Under the pieces are notes generated by a model that was not told the origin of the DNA, did not search any database, and saw only the letters and a program-made list of their open reading frames with translations. From Chloroflexota bacterium (GTDB lineage: Bacteria > Chloroflexota > Anaerolineae > Aggregatilineales > J027), in NCBI GenBank assembly GCA_024434115.1, contig QMIT01000004.1, positions 29,073 to 93,072 on the forward strand: DNA of 64,000 nt, in the 5' to 3' direction. Below are positions 1 to 7,999 of this stretch, piece after piece; position 1 is the first letter of the stretch; each line of letters starts with the position of its first letter. Made by a program: the position numbers and the translations under genes.

Positions 1-204
1 GAAATCTCTACTCGCTGTGGGTATCGCTGGGGAATGGGTGATGCCACATACGGGTTGGCAAAATCAGTCTATTTGCAAGGGCAAATCAACAGAGCTTTAG
101 AATATGCCAGACAATCGCTTGATCTGCGTTTTGCGATTCGTGATCCGCGAGTGAGCCATACACAAATTCTTATTCAAAAAATTGGGCAACAGACAAAACA
201 CTGA
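1..204 (+). CDS. C-terminal fragment of a TPR-like repeat protein (5' end outside window)
   Basis: Frame 1 is open from the window edge to TGA at 202-204. The translation '...GDATYGLAKSVYLQGQINRALEYARQSLDLRFAIRD...' resembles a TPR_12-type helix pair. Confidence 0.4.
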   Translation, partial: EISTRCGYRWGMGDATYGLAKSVYLQGQINRALEYARQSLDLRFAIRDPRVSHTQILIQKIGQQTKH

Positions 205-220
205 GAAAGGCATTAACATT

Positions 221-1231
221 ATGGGCTTTCCCAAACCTTGGCCGACTGAGTGGCCCGACCCGCCCGATTATCCTGAACTCCCTATGCCCCCCACTCGCCC
301 CGATGCTCCGGCTACACCTCCTGACTATGAGCCAGATGATGACCCCGGTGAAATTCAGCCTCTCCCCGAATTTCGGCAACCTTTTTATGCGGTCACATGG
401 GCGGTCAATCATGCTTGTAATCTGAAATGTACCCATTGTTATGATGTGGTTCCCTACTCACGACACGACCTTCCAACCGATAAAGCTCTCACCTTGATTG
501 ATCGTCTTGCTGAAGCAGGGGTAACATTTATCGCATTCTCTGGTGGCGAAGCATTTCTTCGTAAAGATTTATACATCTTGATGGAACACTGCCAAACTCA
601 CCACATGCGTTTTGGAGCACGATCCAATGGCACCCGTATTACTCCTTCTACAGCCAAGCGACTGCGTGAACTGGATATTGCGGTAGTGGGTATCTCGTTT
701 GATGGAGCGACGCCTGCTACTCATGATGCAGTACGTGGGTCGGGTGCATTTGCCGAGGCAGTGGCAGGATTAAGGGCACTGCGGGCCGAGGGAATTCGTG
801 CCCAGATGGAAGTCGTGCTTAGTCGGCAAAATGCTCACGAGGCCGAGTTATTCATTGAGGTTGGTGAGAAATTAGGTGCTTCGGAAGTCAATTTTTCGAC
901 GATGGCTCCTCAAGGGCGTGCAAAACATCGCATGACCGACATGCTCGATTATCCAACTTGGTTGGCTCTCACAACGACGCTGCGGCAGGTCAGTCAGCAG
1001 GCCAGTATCCCAGTCACGCCAAACTGTGCCCTTATCGGTGCGTGCGTGGCGAATATTGAGCCGCATATCACCTGCGATGGCTGGATAACGCCGTGTTATT
1101 TATCATCCCAGAAGCTATTTTCGGTGCTCGACACACCACCTCACCATATTAAAGATTGGCTTGCTGCCAGTCGAAGGCAATTCCAAAATGTGTGTGGGCG
1201 GGAGGCATGGATTAAGGCAGGAGTGGCGTAA
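221..1231 (+). CDS. radical SAM enzyme with a Cys-rich SPASM/twitch-like C-terminus and a Pro/Asp-rich N-terminal extension
   Basis: Part of ORF 182..1231. I chose the ATG at 221 because the upstream ORF ends at 204. It has the CxxxCxxC cluster motif 'CNLKCTHC', an 'FSGGEAFL' motif, and C-terminal cysteines 'NCALIGAC..ITCDGWITPC..VCG'. Confidence 0.8.
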   Translation: MGFPKPWPTEWPDPPDYPELPMPPTRPDAPATPPDYEPDDDPGEIQPLPEFRQPFYAVTWAVNHACNLKCTHCYDVVPYSRHDLPTDKALTLIDRLAEAGVTFIAFSGGEAFLRKDLYILMEHCQTHHMRFGARSNGTRITPSTAKRLRELDIAVVGISFDGATPATHDAVRGSGAFAEAVAGLRALRAEGIRAQMEVVLSRQNAHEAELFIEVGEKLGASEVNFSTMAPQGRAKHRMTDMLDYPTWLALTTTLRQVSQQASIPVTPNCALIGACVANIEPHITCDGWITPCYLSSQKLFSVLDTPPHHIKDWLAASRRQFQNVCGREAWIKAGVA

Positions 1232-1485
1232 CATATGCTTCACTCGGCATCCTCAAAAAATGTGGTGAGGGATCGAAATACCACTGCCTGAATTAATGGC
1301 TTTTGGAGCTGACTTTTGCCTTGGTGTGGTCTTGGCATGGAGGTAAGCATACAGGAGAGTTGAGCATCATTCGATAAACTTTATTTATAGCAGAGGATAC
1401 GTCATTCAATAGAATCCTTTTAATGTGTAGGGTAGTAAAGCTATTCCGCGATATTTGTAGTCCACTGTTTCGAAAAGGGTGAGCA

Positions 1486-3150
1486 TTGGATTTTATTTTT
1501 TCTCATCTCCAAATGGAGAAATTGATAAAGACCGAAGAGAAAAAGATCCGAAAAGCACTCCAAGATGCTGAAAAGCAAAGTGCGCTATGGTGCAAACATA
1601 TCCCCAAGCCTGTCGTATCTAGTGATGGCTTAATCGATCCGATAGATGCCCAAGCATATCTAAAACAGTGTTTGGAGTCTGTGGAGAACGGGTTGATTGA
1701 AATGGCGCAACGGTTTTCCCCGATCCAGTGGCTATGGTATTTACGGCGCTTCCCCAATATTCATTACATTGAGGACGAGGGGTTCGAAAACTACGGCTTG
1801 ACGCTGGCTACAATTCTGTCGGCACGCTCACGCCGCGGCGACGATCCGGAACAATTCGATACGAAACTCAGTTTTCCTCTAACTCAATCAATCGCTAACC
1901 ATGTTTTAGCATTTGTCGCGGGGGCCTACGATTTGGGGAATCTGCACATAAAATATGGAGTTGCTGCCAGAGAAATACCTTTCAGAATAAGATCACAACA
2001 CCTTCCTGATCCAGTCATTACAGAAAGCAAACGACAAGCAGGCGAGATTTATGATGCACGTCAAAACATAGGCATTTCTGGCCTTGCCGGAACTATTCCG
2101 AGCCAAAGCGATCTATCTGAAAACTCACCCCTGCTGGTGGTAAATAAAGTTTACTACCCAGTCGCGACGCCCTTACCCTACTTTGAATTTTGCAATCTGG
2201 AGACACCACTGCTTGTTCCGACATACTATTTACCCACCCAAGTGCCGCTGAAGCACATCGCAAATCTCTACAAATTGACAGACAACGGCAACAAACAATG
2301 GCTGAGTCGAGATGTATTTAGCTTGATGATTTTGGCGGGTTTGCTACTGCCTATTTCGGTCAATGCACCAGAACATAGCATCAACATAGCAATGTATGGT
2401 TACTCCGTACATGAGCGAGTTGGTTTTGTAGTGGATTATTGGTCCATGTTTGATGAATTGGCTTCCATAATTAAAAACCAGTTTCCCAATGCTGATTTGC
2501 CAGCTACTCCTATACAGTTATTGAATGACATGGAAAGGTTAGATACAAGCACGCACCCGTTACTGCCAAGTGTGATTATGAGCAATAAGAAGTGGGTTGT
2601 CATCGATCATGCAAGTGTGAAAGACAGATTGGGAGCGATGCTTCGGTTTCCGAACTTGGGTGGTGGAACTGGGAATCAGCGGGGTATTCACTTTGAGGAT
2701 GCTGTACAAAGTCATATTGATGCCTCACCGTGGAAGCCAACCGATGAATTACGGGCTATGCGTCAAGTACACCTTATACGCCGAGGGGACAGTAAAAATA
2801 ATCAGATCACAGACATCGATGCTATTGGTGAGTTTGGCGACACGCTGTTGATCGTTTCATGCAAGGCCGTTATTTTTAGTGTCGGACAGGACATTGGGGA
2901 GTATAGCGCTCTCAAAAGTGCGCGTCTACGTCTTGAGGAAGCAGTTACCAAATGGCAGGCTGTAAAAGCCGAATTGATGGATTCGCCCATCGGTCAAAAT
3001 TATAATTTCAGTCACTATTCCAAAATCATCGCTATCGTTTGCACACCTAATGTAGTTTACACTGAAAGCGACCTGTCACTATCCTATGAAGTCGGCAATT
3101 TGCGTAAGTCGGCAACTGCTTCAGAATTTATTAACTGGCTCAATAACTGA
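1486..3150 (+). CDS. hypothetical 554-aa protein with a C-terminal PD-(D/E)xK / NERD-like nuclease signature
   Basis: A long ORF with a TTG start preceded by 'AAGGGTGA'. The C-terminus reads 'GIHFEDAV...ITDIDAIGEFGDTLLIVSCK', an E...D...(S/E)xK pattern on alternating hydrophobic strands. I do not recognise the N-terminal ~400 aa. The gene is AT-rich. Confidence 0.6.
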   Translation: MDFIFSHLQMEKLIKTEEKKIRKALQDAEKQSALWCKHIPKPVVSSDGLIDPIDAQAYLKQCLESVENGLIEMAQRFSPIQWLWYLRRFPNIHYIEDEGFENYGLTLATILSARSRRGDDPEQFDTKLSFPLTQSIANHVLAFVAGAYDLGNLHIKYGVAAREIPFRIRSQHLPDPVITESKRQAGEIYDARQNIGISGLAGTIPSQSDLSENSPLLVVNKVYYPVATPLPYFEFCNLETPLLVPTYYLPTQVPLKHIANLYKLTDNGNKQWLSRDVFSLMILAGLLLPISVNAPEHSINIAMYGYSVHERVGFVVDYWSMFDELASIIKNQFPNADLPATPIQLLNDMERLDTSTHPLLPSVIMSNKKWVVIDHASVKDRLGAMLRFPNLGGGTGNQRGIHFEDAVQSHIDASPWKPTDELRAMRQVHLIRRGDSKNNQITDIDAIGEFGDTLLIVSCKAVIFSVGQDIGEYSALKSARLRLEEAVTKWQAVKAELMDSPIGQNYNFSHYSKIIAIVCTPNVVYTESDLSLSYEVGNLRKSATASEFINWLNN

Positions 3151-3273
3151 AAACTAACAACAGAAAAAAGCATATTCAGGATGAGCTTAGGCTGCTCCAC
3201 CCATATTCTCTTCCACTTACAAACAAAATGTAATCCCTTCACCACAACACCCAACAATTTTCACAAAAAGCTG

Positions 3274-3298
3274 AAAATTTGGTAGGTCCCTTACCAAA
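3274..3298 (-). terminator. hairpin plus T-run downstream of the relaxase gene
   Basis: Arms 'tttggta' (3278-3284) and 'taccaaa' (3292-3298) flank a 7-nt loop. On the minus strand the stem is followed by 'tttt'. It lies about 20 nt after the stop at 3320. Confidence 0.4.
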
Positions 3299-3319
3299 AC
3301 TGCCAAGAGAAAGTCCTGC

Positions 3320-4324
3320 CTACAAATCCAGTGAGGGGCCATTGTAAGTGGGAGCTTCTACTTGGCGGCATTTTTCAGCAAGTTCCACACTGTATTCCAT
3401 CAACCCACGAATATCTAAATCGGGCTTTATTGCCAGTATCTCGTGAAAATGAGTAGTGATGGCGATTGCCTGTTCTGAGGTGAGATGATCTATCGGGGCG
3501 AGAAATTCCTGTTGTTCCCCTATTTCTGGTTCTTCCCAGCGGCAGATGAATCCCACGCGCTGCTTCTCGGTGAATAGGTCTTCCTGCACTCCGATCCACA
3601 CCTGCAATTGAATGTCGCCTGCCATTGTTAGAACAGCATCAGGCGGGGTGGTTGGGATAATAAACGGGATAGTTTCCGGTGGTGCTTCAATATGAGGCTC
3701 ATCTGGAGGTTGTCGCTCGGCCATGAGTGCATCATAGCGTTGTTCCCAATCGAGGCCGACATACTGCTGCATCAAAACATCCATCTGCTGTTGGGCAGCT
3801 TCATGCAACAGCTCAATGTGGTTCTCTTTTTTGTAGCGGTTCATATAGAGCGGCAAACGTGATCCATCGGCCCAACTGTGATACGTCCCCGGCAAGATCA
3901 CATGGGCATGGGGATTGTCGCGGTGATCGCCTGTTTCACGCCGATGGATGGCATAGGCATATTCCGGCACATCCATCTCCCTTGCCTCGAAAAATTGCTC
4001 AAGCGTCGCCTCGGTCAACTCGCGGACAAATTGCTCCAGTTTTTTCTCCGGGACAAAGGCGATCAAATCTGGATTGAGGTTGATGACCCATGTGCAGGCC
4101 TGCACATGCTCGGATTTGTACTCCTCACAATTGGCGGCAATCGTCTGGAAATTGCTGCCTAGCCCTCGATCTACCCAGCGCTCCAAACCTCGATGTTGTG
4201 GAATATGCCCATCCCGATCATCCCGATACTGAACATAGCGGAGCAGCCCTTTGAGTTGAGCTGCCCCCTTCCCTTTCGGTGATTGATATTTGACATTGGC
4301 GACGACGCTGAGTTTACGATCCAT
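3320..4324 (-). CDS. MOBQ-type relaxase (MobA/MobL-like)
   Basis: The N-terminal Tyr region 'AAQLKGLLRYVQYRDD' and the His-triad region 'YAYAIHRRETGDHRDNPHAHVIL' parallel RSF1010 MobA ('ARAKADYIQREGKY', 'YTLAIHAGGGENPHCHLMIS'), as I recall that sequence. Confidence 0.75.
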   Translation of the reverse strand: MDRKLSVVANVKYQSPKGKGAAQLKGLLRYVQYRDDRDGHIPQHRGLERWVDRGLGSNFQTIAANCEEYKSEHVQACTWVINLNPDLIAFVPEKKLEQFVRELTEATLEQFFEAREMDVPEYAYAIHRRETGDHRDNPHAHVILPGTYHSWADGSRLPLYMNRYKKENHIELLHEAAQQQMDVLMQQYVGLDWEQRYDALMAERQPPDEPHIEAPPETIPFIIPTTPPDAVLTMAGDIQLQVWIGVQEDLFTEKQRVGFICRWEEPEIGEQQEFLAPIDHLTSEQAIAITTHFHEILAIKPDLDIRGLMEYSVELAEKCRQVEAPTYNGPSLDL

Positions 4325-4329
4325 AGACT

Positions 4330-4686
4330 TTATTTAGGTCGCGGTGTGACACGTTCAATCACCGGCTGCAAAGCCCGCCCTAATCGGATAATCAACTCCC
4401 GCTCCTCCTGTAACTGCCGCTGCACTCCTTCAAGTTGCTGACTTAATGCGCTCACTTGTGCGCTGAGGTCATTGATCTGCCCTTCCAATGACTTGGCAAT
4501 CTGTTTGCGTGAGCCGCGTGCATCCGGCTGCTCATCCATATACAACCGAATTGCCTCACGGATGAGATCAGACTTCCCAACCGGTTTGCCTTTGCGAGTA
4601 TGGCTGATGGCGATGTCCTCTAGCAAATCATCCATCGCGGGGGTGATGCCAACACTCAAACGCTCGGTGAATTTGGCATGGCTCAT
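4330..4686 (-). CDS. ribbon-helix-helix (CopG/MobC-like) relaxosome accessory protein with a coiled-coil tail
   Basis: The pattern 'ERLSVGITPAMDDLLEDIA...KSDLIREAIRLYMDE' fits beta-strand, helix, helix. It sits immediately upstream of the relaxase and overlaps the preceding gene. Confidence 0.7.
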   Translation of the reverse strand: MSHAKFTERLSVGITPAMDDLLEDIAISHTRKGKPVGKSDLIREAIRLYMDEQPDARGSRKQIAKSLEGQINDLSAQVSALSQQLEGVQRQLQEERELIIRLGRALQPVIERVTPRPK

Positions 4687-5006
4687 TCGATATACTCTCC
4701 TAAACGAATCCGGGCAGCCAAATCCCGTTTCAAAGTACGGGTCGGGCGAAAGTGAAAATAGCTACGGATGACCACCCCGCTAGGCTGACCCGCCTGCTCC
4801 ATCAACTGCTTGGCGAGACCGCTGGCTTCAATCTGTTGTCGTTGGACATACAGATTGCCTAATCCCCGAATATGAACATTCCCCTCTGGACGAAGCAACT
4901 CCTCGCGCCACACCTCCACCAAAACTTCCATGATTTCTGCGACATCGCGGCGATTAAACCGATAGAGCCGACGAGCCACTGCATCAATGCTCTGTTGATA
5001 ATTCAT
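4683..5006 (-). CDS. HU/IHF-like DNA-bending protein
   Basis: The size (107 aa) and the pattern '...DVAEIMEVLVEVWREELLRPEGNVHIRGLGNLYVQRQ....RSYFHFRPTRTLKRDL' are typical of bacterial histone-like proteins. Confidence 0.7.
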   Translation of the reverse strand: MNYQQSIDAVARRLYRFNRRDVAEIMEVLVEVWREELLRPEGNVHIRGLGNLYVQRQQIEASGLAKQLMEQAGQPSGVVIRSYFHFRPTRTLKRDLAARIRLGEYIE

Positions 5007-5009
5007 CGC

Positions 5010-5258
5010 TCACTCCTTAGTCCCTGACTGCTCGACTCTGGAACCAATTTGCTCCTTTTCAATGACCATCGTGTCATGACATGCTGAAATATCGTCATTC
5101 AGTTCAGAGGCATACTCCGACGCGGATACCATCCCTTCCTTAGAATGCCCCTCTCTATCAGTGGCTATTGTGTTTGGGGTATCGGCAACAGAGGCTAAAA
5201 TGGCATAGACTTGTTGGACACGAGTCAACAAGATCGCGGGTAAGTCGTCTTGAACCAT
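5010..5258 (-). CDS. small acidic hypothetical protein, first gene of the mob operon
   Basis: An internal ATG at 5258 in ORF 5010..5354 is preceded by 'GAGGAG' 6 nt upstream. The stop lies 3 nt before the next gene start. Confidence 0.45.
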   Translation of the reverse strand: MVQDDLPAILLTRVQQVYAILASVADTPNTIATDREGHSKEGMVSASEYASELNDDISACHDTMVIEKEQIGSRVEQSGTKE

Positions 5259-5276
5259 GTGGCACTCCTCTGTTTG

Positions 5277-5305
5277 TTGACAGTGTTCGTAATTTGTTTT
5301 ATTAT
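5277..5305 (+). promoter_or_regulatory. sigma70-like promoter for the XRE regulator gene
   Basis: TTGACA (5277-5282), a 17-nt spacer, then TATTAT (5300-5305), about 65 nt upstream of the ATG at 5370. Confidence 0.5.
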
Positions 5306-5345
5306 ATTCGTAAAAATTTACGAAGTAAACCGAATTATTTACGAA
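5286..5345. promoter_or_regulatory. operator-like array of four TTCGTAA/TTACGAA half-sites
   Basis: Copies lie at 5286-5292, at 5307-5324 (perfect inverted repeat 'ttcgtaaa aa tttacgaa') and at 5338-5345. They overlap both promoters. Confidence 0.5.
5301..5328 (-). promoter_or_regulatory. divergent promoter for the mob operon, sharing the -10 region with the plus-strand promoter
   Basis: On the minus strand: TTACTT (5323-5328), a 16-nt spacer, then TATAAT (5301-5306). Confidence 0.4.
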
Positions 5346-5369
5346 ACCAGTCAACTTGGTGGACTTAGA

Positions 5370-6179
5370 ATGAGGAATGTACCCATGACAAATCCGTCGT
5401 CATTAAGCGGATTTTTGAAAGAAGTATTGGAACAACGCCATCTCAGTGGCAACCAACTCGCCCAGTTAGCTGGCATTTCTGAAGGCAGCGTACGAAATTT
5501 GCTTAAGCAGGGGATTGAAGACGAAGTTTCTGGGCCACACCCATTGGTTTTAAAAGCCATTTGCCAGGCCCTACAGTTAGATGAAGTCTATGTATTTCAG
5601 TTGGCAGGCTACCTCTCCGAAGTATCCTCTACTAAAACAATCAGCCCTGCCGCTGAATATTTCGGGCAAAGATTTGACAGGCTGCCACCTAAGCAACAGA
5701 AGCAACTTTGGGAGACATTAGCCTCGCTAGAACAATCGGCAGGAATTCTGCCACCTTCGGAAAATACCCGGTACTTGTTAGAGCAACTTCGCACTCTTCA
5801 AAAAGAACATCCGATATTTAAGGGCCGCAAGTTTGGCCTAAAAGACGAACTGGGTCGGGTAATTGGCAATGTCACCCATTCATCTACTCCGACCTTGTTA
5901 CGCAAAATGACCCTTGAACGTCTACATGACGCCGCAAATTTACCCCCTACCCTTACATGGACTGATGCACTTTACGATGAGGTTATCGGCAGCCCCGATG
6001 TAACGATAGCCTTAAATGTGCTGCTGCCAATAAAAGCCATCTCTACCCCGCAGGAAAAGTTATTCTGGCTTGTTCATCCATCGGGAACCCTCGACAAGAG
6101 ATTTTCATTGCTGGCTGATGAGTATCAACAGGGCATTCGGGCACTCTGGGAATTACTCGTTGACATTGCAAAAAACTGA
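5370..6179 (+). CDS. XRE-family helix-turn-helix regulator with an uncharacterised C-terminal domain
   Basis: The sequence 'LSGNQLAQLAGISEGSVRNLLKQG' is a typical HTH_XRE motif. I chose the ATG at 5370 because the upstream part of ORF 5250..6179 covers the promoter and operators. Confidence 0.7.
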   Translation: MRNVPMTNPSSLSGFLKEVLEQRHLSGNQLAQLAGISEGSVRNLLKQGIEDEVSGPHPLVLKAICQALQLDEVYVFQLAGYLSEVSSTKTISPAAEYFGQRFDRLPPKQQKQLWETLASLEQSAGILPPSENTRYLLEQLRTLQKEHPIFKGRKFGLKDELGRVIGNVTHSSTPTLLRKMTLERLHDAANLPPTLTWTDALYDEVIGSPDVTIALNVLLPIKAISTPQEKLFWLVHPSGTLDKRFSLLADEYQQGIRALWELLVDIAKN

Positions 6180-6231
6180 GTCATCCCAAAACGGCATATA
6201 ATAGGCCGCCTACTGGAGGAAACTGGCAACG

Positions 6232-7239
6232 ATGACAAAAAAGAAGCGTCGTAATCACCCATTAGACAACGGCTTTGCGATTTATTTGCGTACCAGCGAT
6301 GCCGAAGTCCAAGCACCTGAGCGATCACAAGCAGGTCAGCGCCGGGTCATTGAAGAACGCATTTTGGCTGCCAGTGACTTCCCAATCATTGAAATTTACG
6401 CGGATGCATATACTGGAACCTCAGCGGATCGGCAAAACTATCAACGCATGTTAACGGATGCCAGATTAGGCAAATTTTCGCATGTAGCAGTCGCGGCGCT
6501 AGATCGTTTTGGGCGAGATATTGCTGAGGCAACCCGTGCTATCAAAGAACTCAGCGAATTAGGCATCAAAGTGGTGACTGCCAATGCACCTGACCGTGAT
6601 GGTAAAACCGCGATGGGTCGCTTCCATATGAATCTGGAACTCTCGCTGGCCCAACTCGAATCCGAACGGATTGGCGAGCGCACCCGTGAAGCCATGATTA
6701 CCCGCTATATGAATGGGGAATGGCCTCACCTTGCACCAGATGGCTATATAAATAGGGAAATGAAAACGTCCGAAGCACCCGCGTCCGAACGCCTCAAATA
6801 CTCACGCTATAAACGCTGGGTGGAACTTGACCCGGAACAAGCAAAAGTCATCCGCTTTGCCTTTGACCTTCTCCTCCAAGACCGTCTCACCTTAAACGAT
6901 ATTTGTGAAGAACTCCATGCACAAGGCTTTCGGCTGCGGAATGGCAGGCCTTTTGTCAAAATTGAACCGGATGGGACACGCATTACGGCCAAAACCACTA
7001 TATCGGCCATTTTTCGCAATTGGTTTTATGCCGGTTGGGTGGTCACCCAAAACGAATACTGCCACATTCCACCTAAGCAAGTCCGAGGGAAATGGGAACC
7101 CATTGTCACTACCGAGGAATTTGAGAAAGGACTTGCCATCTTAGCCAAGCGCAATAAAAACAGGATGCCAGCCGCCAAACAATTTTATCTTCTACAAGGG
7201 ATTGTCTATTTGCAGGAGGAAATAGATGAAACGCCTTAA
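6232..7239 (+). CDS. large serine recombinase, N-terminal piece (resolvase catalytic domain plus recombinase domain)
   Basis: The sequence 'AIYLRTSDAEVQAPERSQAGQ...YADAYTGTSADRQNYQRML...VAVAALDRFGRD...GIKVVTAN' has the catalytic Ser context and the conserved R/D residues. The ORF ends at '..FYLLQGIVYLQ', where the zinc-ribbon domain normally starts. Confidence 0.8.
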   Translation: MTKKKRRNHPLDNGFAIYLRTSDAEVQAPERSQAGQRRVIEERILAASDFPIIEIYADAYTGTSADRQNYQRMLTDARLGKFSHVAVAALDRFGRDIAEATRAIKELSELGIKVVTANAPDRDGKTAMGRFHMNLELSLAQLESERIGERTREAMITRYMNGEWPHLAPDGYINREMKTSEAPASERLKYSRYKRWVELDPEQAKVIRFAFDLLLQDRLTLNDICEELHAQGFRLRNGRPFVKIEPDGTRITAKTTISAIFRNWFYAGWVVTQNEYCHIPPKQVRGKWEPIVTTEEFEKGLAILAKRNKNRMPAAKQFYLLQGIVYLQEEIDETP

Positions 7240-7999
7240 GGAAACACGATTGACGTGCTCCACTCCCAACGCTGGGCGTGGTCATAAGGGTGGCTCGTCA
7301 TATTATTGTGTACCTAGCAGCAACAAAAACATCCCTTGTCACATCGTAGATACCCAGATTGAGGCATGGATTCGACATATTCATATTGACCCATCGTTTA
7401 TCTCCTTGCTCAAAAAAGCCTATCGAGAGCATATCGAATTGCGGGTCAACCTCCGGCGTCAAAATGATCAAGCGGCATTGAAGGAAGAATTGGACAAGCT
7501 GGCAAAATACGAAAAAGTGATTTACATGGATCGTTTAAAAGGGAAAATAAGCGAGGAACTCTATACTGAACTGTGGCGCGATTTTAACGACCAATATCAG
7601 AAAACCCGCGCTGCATTGGAGCATTTAGGGCGGGAAAAGGAATACTTTTTTAAAGGATTAGACGACGCAGTTCGACTACTTGCAAAAATTGGTATACTCT
7701 ATAACAGATTGGAGCCAAAACAGAAACGACAGTTATTGCTCCATCTCATTGAACGTGTTGTTATTAACCGTGAGGGGTTGATTGTAAGAATGGATTTGCG
7801 GCCTCCGTTTGGATACTTAACCAGCTTTACACCCACTGGCAAAAGCAACGGACAGGCCACGCTTACCGAAAACGGTAGTATAGAAACGAAAACCAGCAAG
7901 ATTGCTCCTGCTGGCTGTTCATCCAAAGTACATAGCTGTACCCCATCCGCGACTCGAACGCGGGCCTCTGCCTCCGGAGGGCAACGCTCTATCCACTGA
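7226..7999 (+). CDS. large serine recombinase, C-terminal piece (zinc-ribbon remnant plus coiled coil); the last ~20 codons are antisense to the tRNA
   Basis: It lies in a different frame and overlaps the first piece by 14 nt. 'AGGAGG' at 7214-7219 sits 6 nt before the ATG. The sequence 'RLTCSTPN...SSYYCVPSS..IPCHI' is followed by a long heptad-like Lys/Glu-rich stretch and 'LIERVVINREGLIVRMDL'. Confidence 0.6.
   Translation: MKRLKETRLTCSTPNAGRGHKGGSSYYCVPSSNKNIPCHIVDTQIEAWIRHIHIDPSFISLLKKAYREHIELRVNLRRQNDQAALKEELDKLAKYEKVIYMDRLKGKISEELYTELWRDFNDQYQKTRAALEHLGREKEYFFKGLDDAVRLLAKIGILYNRLEPKQKRQLLLHLIERVVINREGLIVRMDLRPPFGYLTSFTPTGKSNGQATLTENGSIETKTSKIAPAGCSSKVHSCTPSATRTRASASGGQRSIH

Larger units (their letters stand above)
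1232..7940. mobile_element. putative integrative mobilizable element (MOBQ relaxase plus large serine recombinase) next to tRNA-Arg; left boundary uncertain
   Basis: A relaxase, RHH protein, HU/IHF-like protein, XRE regulator and serine recombinase are contiguous. The right end abuts the 3' end of the tRNA. Region 1232-3320 is visibly AT-richer than the flanks. No T4SS or coupling-protein genes are present. Confidence 0.5.

Noticed and set aside
1296-1346. A 16-codon ORF (MAFGADFCLGVVLAWR) downstream of the radical SAM gene, considered as a possible precursor peptide.
   Set aside because: There is no Shine-Dalgarno sequence. It has a single Cys and no leader-like region. It probably lies in the element boundary region and cannot be distinguished from chance.
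1232-3320. A direct repeat of the tRNA-Arg 3' half, which would mark the far end of the element.
   Set aside because: I could find no copy of 'ccccatccgcgactcgaac' or a recognisable part of it by eye in either candidate boundary region. The left end therefore stays undefined.
5250-5369. N-terminal 40-codon extension of the XRE regulator ORF (TTG at 5250).
   Set aside because: It would be translated from the promoter and operator DNA itself. The hydrophobic Phe/Ile-rich translation reflects the AT-rich repeats. A proper ATG lies at 5370.
7226-7239. prfB-style programmed +1 frameshift joining the two recombinase ORFs at 'CCU UAA G'.
   Set aside because: tRNA-Pro on CCU cannot re-pair on CUU. 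The AGGAGG lies 14 nt upstream of the putative slip codon rather than about 3 nt. It is instead perfectly placed as the RBS for the ATG at 7226.
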